Source: Peribolospora baueri (taxonomy: Eukaryota). Taken from it: a stretch of 43,217 bases of DNA. Of the stretch, positions 1 to 8,783 are shown piece by piece. The number at the start of each line of letters is the position of its first letter. The first letter of the stretch is position 1. A model generated the notes under the pieces. It did no database searches. It was not told where the DNA came from and was given only the letters and a program-made list of their open reading frames with translations. The stretch covers positions 62,001 to 105,217 of the forward strand of contig JAMDHS010000073.1 of assembly GCA_029717555.1 (NCBI GenBank). The letters are read 5' to 3'. The position numbers and the translations under genes were made by a program.

Positions 1-235
1 TGTATGTGTGTATGTATGTATGTATGTAGTGCGCCTGTCCGTCCGTCGGTCTGTCCGTCTGTCCGTGGGTGGGTGCGGTGCGGAAACAAAAGCGTGCGTC
101 GTCGCAAAACCTTTTCCTATTCCCATCGGTTTGTACTTTTTTTCCTCTTTTCTTTCCCGCCGCCTCCCGCGAACGTCTCCCTCCGACTCGTCTCGTCTCG
201 TCTGTCTCGTCTCGTCTCGTCTGTCTCGTCTCGTA
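1..235. repeat. (TGTA)n, (GTCC)n and (TCGTC/TCTCG)n simple repeats downstream of the HIUase gene
   Basis: Directly visible at 1-28, 36-66 and 186-235. Confidence 0.85.
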
Positions 236-354
236 TTTGTACGTCCGAAGAACCGGGCTTCACGCCCAAACAAACGACGGTCTGTGTTGCATGGTGCGCT
301 AGCGTGGGCGAGACTTTACGAAATTTTCGTACGATCTTCCTTTCTAGCGGCCAG

Positions 355-1049
355 TCATGACCCGCGATACTGGACGGAGAGAGGTGAGACGGGGGCGATG
401 GTGCGCATGGATGGATGAGTGGATGAGCGTCCGCCGGCCGAGTTGGATGAAGAGAGAGGGAGCTCGAGAGCACTCACGGTGGTGTAAGAGTGGTTGGAGA
501 GCAGCAGAGGGATGTGGTAGTGCGCGTCCGGCGGGTCTTGGACGGTGAAATAGATCTGGCGGGAGCGAAGTGGAAGGACGTTTGTTTGTCTGTCTCTGTC
601 TTTCTGTCTTGTCTGTCTATCTATCTGTCTTGTGTCTTGACGACGGATATGCGCCGGTCAGCCCGCGCTTTAGTTTTGCTCACCTCGACAAAGGGAAAAA
701 AGGTAGGCCTCGCCTTCCGGTCAAAGTAGTCGCCCGTCTCGAACCTCATCTTGTACACGCCCGGCTCGAGGACGTGCGTTAGCGAGAGAAGGTTCGTTGC
801 TCGGCCGTCTGAGTCGGTCTCCCTGTTGTCGTGTCGCGGCCGTGGCGGTGAGAAAGGGAAAGAGAAGAGGAAAATCTTTCTTTCTTTCTTTCTTTCTTTC
901 ACTCACCCCTCGGCCACCGTCGCAAACGCCACTCCCTGCCCCTGCCCCTGCTGCCGCTCCAGGCGGACGGAGACGCCGTCGCCCGGCTTGCCCTCGGTGG
1001 CGTCCAGGACGTGGCAGGTGATGGGCGACTTGTGCGGCCGCGCGGTCAT
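355..1049 (-). CDS. 5-hydroxyisourate hydrolase (transthyretin-like protein), 4 exons: 1049-907, 822-684, 555-478, 369-355
   Basis: Spliced translation MTARPHKSPITCHVLDATEGKPG...ETDSDGR...YKMRFETGDYF...TFFPFVE|IYF...HYHIPLLLSNHSYTT|YRGS*. It has the HVLD, DGR, HYHIPLLL and terminal YRGS signatures of HIUases. All introns are GT..AG with consistent phase. An alternative in-frame ATG lies at 1076. Confidence 0.95.
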
Positions 1050-1143
1050 GGTCGTCGTCGTCGTCGTCGTGGTCATCGTCGTCGGTCTGGTGCTGAGCGG
1101 CGACGAGACGGAGATGGAGACGGGAACGACCGACGACGGTGGG

Positions 1144-1554
1144 TTATCGGTTATCGGTTATCTCCGCCGGAGATGCCTCGGTCGAGCCGAGGCGATAAAA
1201 TAGAGTCGCACGGGAGCGGACGGCGATCACGAACGCCGGCGGCCGTGTTTGTGTCGCACGACGGACAGGTTGGTGCTCCTCCTCCTTCTCCCTCAGCAGC
1301 CCTCGTCGCTCCTCACTCGCACTCGCACTCGCACCCACCCACTCGGGCCTGCAAGAGAACAAAGAACAACTGTTCGAGCTCATGTCGCCCCCCCTTCAGC
1401 ACTCGGCCGCCTCTGTCGCGGATGCTTCGCGGCGAGCGGGCCAGCGATAAGACCAGCCAGCCAGCCAGCCCCAGCCAGCCCGTCACCGCGCCCGGTCTTC
1501 TTATCTCGCATCTTCGCCCTCTCTAGCGTCGCCTCGCTCAGGAACAATCTATCA
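1144..1554. promoter_or_regulatory. Putative bidirectional promoter with clustered GATA sites and CGG inverted repeats
   Basis: HGATAR matches at 1144, 1151, 1158 (tandem TTATC), 1194, 1446, 1501 and 1549. TCGG-N6-CCG at 1154-1166 and GCCTCGG-N5-CCGAGGC at 1175-1193. It lies between the divergent HIUase and purine permease starts. Confidence 0.6.
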
Positions 1555-1824
1555 CCGCTCACCGTCGTCCATGACAGGAGACGACGGATGGAGGAGCGGC
1601 GGATCGCTCCAGGACGGCGCGGCGCGGCGCGGTTCGGACGGCGGCCAACGACTCCCTCTTCACCTTCGTCCCTCCTCCACCGCTGACACCGTTCCCTCTT
1701 TTCCTCCTGCTTCACCTCCCCCTCATCGTCGCTCCAACGCCGTTGTCTATAGCGCGGCTAGCAAAGTGCAGTGACTTGACGGACGGACGGACGGACGGAC
1801 AGGGACCCCGGTGCACGAGCGCCC

Positions 1825-2485
1825 ATGGCAACCGTCTTCCCCGAAAAGGCCGACGTGGCGTCCTCGCACATCGTCACCGTCGAGCCCAGTCACACCGCCC
1901 CGCCCTCACCCACCCGACCTGGCTCCGAGGACAACGACGGCGACGACACGCGAAGCCGCCATGCCGCTTCGCCCTCGCCAGATTTGCCCCCCGGCTTACG
2001 CGCGCGACTCGGCTCGCTGGCCCGAAGGGCGAAGCGCAAAGCGACGACGCGCCAAGGCTGGCTGGGCGACTACGATTTTCTCTTGCTCTGCACGCCTCAG
2101 CTGCCCAGATACTCGTGGAACCGCGCAGCCGGACGGCCTGGGATCGCGTGGTTGGGCCGTAGCACGGCCCGCAAGCACGGCCGAGCGGGCCGCCGTTTTA
2201 TGCCTTGGACGAGAGCATGCCGGTTTTGTGAGTGGGGAGGATCCGGTTGCCGTCCGGATGCCCAGCCAGGTCCTTGGAGCTTCGAGAGAGCATGAAGTGC
2301 GCGATCCCGGTCGTTCACTCCCCCCGTCCTTCCCCCGCCTCCTTCCATTGTCGTCCGCGTAGGCTCGGCGCCATCGTAGGCCTCCAGGTGAGGAGCAGAT
2401 CGATATACCCGTCTTCACCTGGCCCACTGGTCGTCGGAAAGCGAGCTAGCAAACTGGCCGTCGCTCTCCTCCTCACCCGCTTCGA

Positions 2486-2523
<38 letters not shown>

Positions 2524-5063
2524 CTCGCAGCACGCTCTAGCCATGCTCGCTGGGCTCATCGCTCCGCCCATCATCCTCTCCTCGTCGCTCGCCTTCGACC
2601 CCTCCATGCAGCAATACCTCGTCTCCGCTAGCCTCATTTCCTCTGGCATCCTCAGCGCCCTGCAGATGAGCAGGATCCCTCTCCCCGGACGCTATCAGCT
2701 CGGCACGGGTCTGATCACCGTCGTTGGCGTGAGTGTGCGGACGCCCACGTCTGGTGAGATGGCGTGCAAGGGACGTCATGCGCTAACGTCCCCTCCCTCG
2801 TCGATTCGCCGCCTCAGACAAGCTTTGCTACCCTCTCGACCGCCACCTCCATCTTTGGGAATATGTACAAGGACGGCACCTGCCCCACTGTCACTTTGCC
2901 TGACGGAAGCACGACGAGAGGTCCCTGTCCGGAGGGTGAGCTCCGTTCATCCCTCGACTAGATATTGTGCAAATAAGCCGGGGGGGGAAGGAGGATCGAG
3001 TTCGTTCAAAGTTCCGTTCGACTCTGGCCCCGCTTCTCTCTCATCAGCTTACGGCTATCTGCTCGGAACGGCCGCCGTGAGACTTCTCGTCACTTGCGCT
3101 CGTCCACCGCTTCATGCACGCAGGCTCATTTCCATCAAATCCACGTTTACACTCCCCCAGCTCTGCTCGCTGGTCGAACTCGCCCTCTCCTTCCTCCCTG
3201 TCCGCACCCTCCGCCGCATGTTCCCACCCATGGTCACAGGTTCCGTCGTCCTCCTCATCGGCGCCTCGCTCATCCAGTCCAGCGGCTTCCCTTCATGGGC
3301 AGGCGGCTCGGGGTCGTGCATGAACCGACCCGCTAACGGTACCTTTTCCGTCTGTCCTCAAGTCGGCACGCCGCATGCTTTGCCGTGAGCTTCTAACCCC
3401 ATCGATTTTCTCGAGAATCCTCGACCGTAATCCTCGGCTTCCTCACTCATTTGCCTTGGCTGCGCTCCGATTGACAGATGGGGTTCCCCGGAATACCTAG
3501 GCTTGGGCCTGCTCTCCTTCCTGACTATCGTTCTGGTGGAGCTCTTCGGCTCCCCTTTCCTCAAAAACGCCTCCGTCGTCGTCGGCTTGATCGTGGGCAT
3601 GATCGTGGCAGGTCCCACGGGCTACGTGGACGGCTCGAACATCACCTCGGCAAAGGCCATCACTTTCCTCTGGACTACCACTTTCCCCTTGAAGGTGTAC
3701 GGACCGGCGGTCCTCCCGCTGATGGCGGTGTATCTTTCACTGATGATGGAGGCTATAGGCGACATCACGGCTTCTTCCGGTGAGAAATTGAACCCCCGTG
3801 CTCCTTATCTTTCTTCCATGTCGCGTTGCTTCTCCCTGACACTTCATTGTTCACCACATCCGCTCTCCGTGTTGCCATCTACTTTCCGATCGCCCCATGG
3901 CAGAGGCAAGTCGAGTAGAAGTCGATGGCCCCATTTTCGACGCCCGGATACAGGGAGACGTAATGGCCGACGGACTGAATGGGCTATTGGCTAGCTTGTT
4001 CACCATCACGCCCATGAGCATGTCGGTCCATCCGTCCCCTCGATCCATTTCTTCACTACTCGTCCAGCTTACCCCTCTCTCTCCGCTTTCATCCTCTCCT
4101 CTGCGCGCTCCCCAGCTTCGCCCAAAACAACGGCGTGATCGCTCTCTCCCGCTGCGCGAATCGCCAAGCGGGCTATTGGTGCTGCGCTTGGCTCATCCTC
4201 TTCGGCGTGTTGGGCAAAATCTCCGGCGTCTTTTTGAGCATTCCCTCGTCTGTGCTGTGAGCGTCGCCGTTCGCGCCTCTGGTTCTTCTTCAGATGGCCA
4301 GGGAGCCCTTGTTCGTCTTGATTAGAGCCGGCTCGGCCTGTGCCGTCGGGAGCAGCCGTCTGAACGGAGACTGACGGAAACCATCGGGCTCCTCGTCTTG
4401 TACCGTCTTTTTGTCCTCCTCCAGCGGCGGCGTGACGACCTTCCTTTTCGCGTCCGTATGCGCCTCCGGCCTCCGCGTCGTGAGTGACACACGAGTATAT
4501 CCAACGTAGTCCATCACCGACTCGCCTCCCCACCTAATCCTGTCATCTTTCTATACCTTCATCCATCCTACTATCCTCAACTAACCACCATGCCAGCTTT
4601 CACTGGTCGAGTGGACCCGCCGTTCGCGCTTCATTCTCGCCGGCAGTCTTGGCCTCGGGTTCGGAAACTTGCTAGTCCCCACTTGGGCTACTTACCTTTT
4701 CGCCGGGTATACGGTCAGTCCGCTTTTTTCTTTTTTCTTTTCTTTTCTTTTTTTTGACGCCAGACCAAAAAGTTCGTCTTCTTGTTCTTCTCGGCCTTCG
4801 CTCATGTGCTGCCCTCCTATGGACGCTTCGATATTCTCCGCCTTCCTTTCACCCGGCAGGGAGACAATGCGGCCCTGCGCTCGTTTATGAACTCACTCGT
4901 GATCATCATCGAGACGCCATTCCTGATCTGCGCCCTCGCCGGCATCCTCCTCAACGTCATCCTACCCGAAGAGGAGGCGGAGGAGATGGCGGAGAGCTTG
5001 GTCGAGGCGGATAGGATGTCCGTCGTCGAGGCGGTGGAGGAGGGGAGGCCGGAGAAGGAGTAG
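1825..5063 (+). CDS. Uric acid-xanthine permease (NCS2/NAT family, UapA/UapC-like), 11 exons: 1825-2227, 2363-2387, 2531-2728, 2818-2935, 3048-3076, 3161-3384, 3478-3779, 3904-4021, 4116-4256, 4425-4479, 4597-4713, plus terminal exon 4860-5063; apparent frameshift in the first exon
   Basis: Motifs WLGDYDF, PPFYALD, GLQ|HALAMLAG (TMS1 QH), G|TSF, MMEAIGDITA, ADG, NAT signature FAQNNGVIALSRCANR, LGGVTTFLF and ETPF. Splice phases are consistent from 2187 onward. Confidence 0.93.
2490..2518. repeat. (CT)n microsatellite in the polypyrimidine tract of permease intron 2
   Basis: Uninterrupted CT dinucleotide run just before the CAG acceptor at 2530. Confidence 0.9.
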
Positions 5064-5254
5064 TGATGATGAGAAATGTCGGCGGCGTCTCTCCCTTCTT
5101 CCCTTCCCTCGTTCCCATCTTAGGTCACCGTTACGAAAAGTTCCCGCCTGTTTGGCGTGCCCTTTGCGGACCCTCTCCGAGCACAATGTACGAGGGAAGC
5201 GTCCACTGCAATGCTCGCTTAATAAAATTGCGCGAACGGGTTCGACGATGCAAG

Positions 5255-6172
5255 TCATAGCCGCCTTCTCAGATACCCTTCATACGTGATGATCCCTATG
5301 ACCGCACCTAACGCAAACCCAGCAAACGATGGCAAGACGCTCTCCCTGGCAGGCAACCAGCTCCCACCATCCCACAAACCAGAGACGTAGCCACAGACTC
5401 CACCGCCTCGAATGACGTCACGGTACCGTGGAACAGAACCAGTCTCCCAACCCTGCAGCACCTTTGCCACAGCCTCGTCATTCATCTGACACAGCTCATC
5501 GAGCGTCCAACCGTCGCACACGTCTACCATCCACTGCATCCTCCTCGGGCCCAACTCGGGCTCTGGCGCCCTTTTCCTCAACTCCTGCCTCAGCTGCCCC
5601 ACGCGCTCGATGGCCTGACCTACATTGGCAGGGAGGGAAGCCTGGATGCGCCTCCGGATCTGGTTGGCGATCCTGGGACCCTTGCCGCCCGTGGAAACCA
5701 TGACCTGCAGAGGCCCGTCACGCATGATCGAGCCAAAGAAGAAATCGCATTCTGGGGGCACATCAGCGACGTTGACGGGGATACGCCTCTCCCTGCACAT
5801 CGTGCAGATCGACCGACTGAGCGCGGCATCGTCAATGGCCGTCAGCACCATGTCCGCGCCTTCCAGATCCTCCGGTCCCCCGAACGGACGGTCCACGTAG
5901 CGGTCTACGAGCTTCTCGTTCCAAATCCGATGGCGCACTTCCGGGCAGAGGCCCGAGGACGGGCAGATCAGAGTCACGATCGCGTCCGCGTTCAGCACGT
6001 TGACCAGCCTTCCGGCTGCCACCTCTCCGCCGCCGATGAGGACGATTTGCTTGCCCTTGAGCTGCCAGGCAATGATCAGCGAACCGCCTCGGCGGATAGG
6101 GGGGTAGGAAGCGGAGACGGCCACGGCGTCGGAGTTGGCATCTGCATCGGCTTCGGGTCGTGGTCGTGACAT
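5255..6172 (-). CDS. MET8: Met8 precorrin-2 dehydrogenase / sirohydrochlorin ferrochelatase (siroheme synthesis), intronless CDS, 305 aa
   Basis: GGSLIIAWQLKGKQIVLIGGGEVA Rossmann motif, MVLTAIDD, VNVADVPPECDFFF, LQVMVSTGGKGPRIA and RRMQWMVDVC, all typical of Met8/CysG-B. Confidence 0.93.
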   Translation of the reverse strand: MSRPRPEADADANSDAVAVSASYPPIRRGGSLIIAWQLKGKQIVLIGGGEVAAGRLVNVLNADAIVTLICPSSGLCPEVRHRIWNEKLVDRYVDRPFGGPEDLEGADMVLTAIDDAALSRSICTMCRERRIPVNVADVPPECDFFFGSIMRDGPLQVMVSTGGKGPRIANQIRRRIQASLPANVGQAIERVGQLRQELRKRAPEPELGPRRMQWMVDVCDGWTLDELCQMNDEAVAKVLQGWETGSVPRYRDVIRGGGVCGYVSGLWDGGSWLPARESVLPSFAGFALGAVIGIITYEGYLRRRL

Positions 6173-6742
6173 GTCGAGGGCAGAGTGCAGGACCGCTGAA
6201 TCCGTGAAAGGACAGGTGGAGTGGTGAGCGCAGAAGGTCTCGGATCACGCGCGCGCGGCCTCCTCTGGCGATCACAAGCCGTCTAAGAAGCGGACTTACC
6301 TGAAGACTTGAGTAAAATTCCCCAAATTCTCAGACGACGGTGGACGTGAGGAAAGCCAAGAGACAAGCCCAAGAGACAAGCCAAGACCATCATCTTCCGT
6401 CGCCCCCGATCCATCCGAGCCTCCATGTGCAGGGTCGAGCGGCGATAGACGGAGAAGAGCGTTCACGTTGCGACGTTCGATCTCGGTCGCGGTCGGCGAC
6501 GGCTCCCATCATTTGCTTCGACCCGACCACCACCTTCCTGCACCTCTTTCACCACCGTCCAGAACGAGAACAGCGGGCAAAGCAATTGCGCTTCCTCGCC
6601 TTTGTCATCTCGTCTAAGCACGCGACGTCTCCTGCCTTTGCCACTCATCACCGCCGTCGCTTCTGATAGGCCCGAAGGAGCAGGACAGAAGCAGGACGAG
6701 TGAACAGCCGACAGGAACGAGGAAGAGATTGATTTCAGGGAA

Positions 6743-8122
6743 ATGCCCGGCACGATTACCGTCAACCCGTGAGTAGTCGTGCTCTCCCGCCCTCAAACTT
6801 TGTCTTTGGAGGAGGAGTCCGCCGCCACCACTGGGCGTCGCCCTGCTCCGTCGGGAGAGGGAGCGAAGGGAGGGAGCGCGCCGCCCCAATGTCCTCCTCT
6901 TCACTTGTGCCGCGCCCCGTTCCGCCTTGGCGAGCTCACCGGGACCTCTTCCCCCACCCACTTTGTATTTCTAGCATGACCACCTCGGACACGGCCGCCA
7001 AAGCCGAGCTTAAAGAGGACGGCAGCAACGCTCCTTCCCCGCCCCTGGCCGCCGCCACCGCCACGCCCGTCGCCAACGCCAAGGACGCCGCCATGTCGCA
7101 TCAGCACCAGCTCAAGCGGTTTATTGATGATGAGGGGCATTTCAGCTTGGTACGGTGAGTTGAACGAGATGGTGTGAGGTAGTCGTGATGGACACGGAAT
7201 GGCAACGGGGGCCGAGCGTGGAGCCGTTCAGATGGGCAAAGAGGAAATCGATCATGAAAGGTCGCTTGGGTTCTTGAACTTTGCTCGCATAAATGCGGGA
7301 GCATTGGTGATGACCAAAGCATCTGCAGGAGCGAGCAGGGCAGCTCGCGCTTATCAATGTTTCTATCTCCTCCCACCTCGTCACAGCAACTTCCATCTGG
7401 CGGACCTAGTGACGCTGATGAACGGCTTCTGCGGTTCCTTTGCCCTCTTCTTTGCCGGCCGATACCTCGTCTGGGGCGAGCCTGCCCACATGTGGGTCGC
7501 CCTCTTCATGCCCAATTTTGGCTGCCTCTTCGACCTGTTTGACGGCAAGATTGCGAGGTGGAGGAAAAGCAGTAGTATGCTCGGACAGGAGCTGGATAGC
7601 TTGGCTGATTCCGTGAGTCGGTTCGCCTGCGTAGGCGGGACGATTTGTCTGTCTCCATTCTCTGATTCCAGTTGCTCTCTCGCCTTGCAGCTCTCTTTCG
7701 GCGTCGCGCCCGCCTTTCTAGCCTTTACTATGGGCCTGCGCACTTCCCTGGACACGCTCATCCTCACCATCTTCATTTGCTCCGGCATCGCTCGACTCGC
7801 TCGCTTCAACGCCACCGTCGCCTCCATTCCCACGGATGATTCCGGCAAAGCCAAATACTTTGAAGGCCTCCCCATCCCCTCCACTTTGGTCCTTGGCACG
7901 CTCATGCAGGCCTGCTTCTATGCAGGCCTGCACGAGGCCACACCCGACGGAAAAGGTCTTCCCGGCGGTGTGATCAGCTTCTCCTTCGACTGGCTGAAGG
8001 CGCTGTTGGGAGCGTCTGTCGAACGTTGGGACGGACGGCTGGACGTGCACGTAGCTAGCTTCCTCTTCGCTGCTTGGGGAGCTATGATGGTCTCTAAGAC
8101 CCTCAAAGTGCCCAAACCTTAA
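6743..8122 (+). CDS. CHO1: CDP-diacylglycerol--serine O-phosphatidyltransferase (phosphatidylserine synthase); exons 6743-6768 (probable), 6975-7154, 7387-7612, 7691-8122
   Basis: HFSLVR|NFHLADLVTLMNGFCG, the CDP-alcohol phosphotransferase motif DLFDGKIARWRKSSSMLGQELDSLAD, ARLARFN, YFEGLPIP and terminal MVSKTLKVPKP. ATG 6743 splices in frame to ATG 6976, so the start is uncertain between the two. Confidence 0.93.
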
Positions 8123-8783
8123 TCCATGTTCTTGTCCCGTCTCGACCCTTCCCCGCCGTCATCGTCCTCTCCCTCGCCCCCTTTTCTTCCCTACCGTATA
8201 TCTCATCGATCCATCGACCGACCCGCCGCGCAAGCCGGTCGGTGGTTACCAGTCTACACGCCTGCCTCTAACGAAATCTTGAACGCGACGCCTCCCGACA
8301 CGAGCCAACGTTCCCATCTTCTGTCTGTATCCCAGTCCATCCATCTCTCCAGACTCTTCCCTCCTCCTACCTCCCCTTCCTGCGGCTTGCCTCGCTGCAC
8401 AGGGGGGGCAAGCCCACTGATAGCGTCTGTGAACACTCGTTCACTTGCATATCGAGCGAATGAGCGAACGGTTGCCTCCAACTTCCACGCGCATGGGCCC
8501 GCACCCACAAGAACGCTCAGTCCGCCCACGCGCCTCACTCTCACTTTTGGTTGGTCCTCATCATGGCGGTCCCGTTGTGCATGTTCGTCCCGTACCCGTT
8601 TCCCTAGTTTTGTCTACGTACGCATCGATTTGCCCATCGTCAAGTCAGGGGAATATTACCCGAGTCGGCTCTCCATCTCGAACAAATCGGTTGCGTACGT
8701 GCTCTACTCTAGTGCAACAACGTCTTTGTATTCCTTGTCCAACGGCAAAATGCGAAAGAAGGGGCAAGGAACAGAGTGTGACG

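Noticed and set aside
316..357. Stop-codon readthrough of HIUase (TGA CTG context) to a cryptic PTS1
   Set aside because: The extension LAARKEDRTKIS* has no SKL-like end and would mask the terminal YRGS.
2115..2185. 71-nt GT..AG intron that would repair the permease frame
   Set aside because: Weak donor GTGGAA, GAG acceptor, and no branch site or pyrimidine tract, unlike the other introns here. Not fully excluded without RNA data.
7282..7348. Three small hairpins and a GTGATGA word in CHO1 intron 2 (snoRNA or riboswitch?)
   Set aside because: Stems are 5-6 bp, there is no downstream CTGA D box in the intron, and no TPP aptamer consensus.
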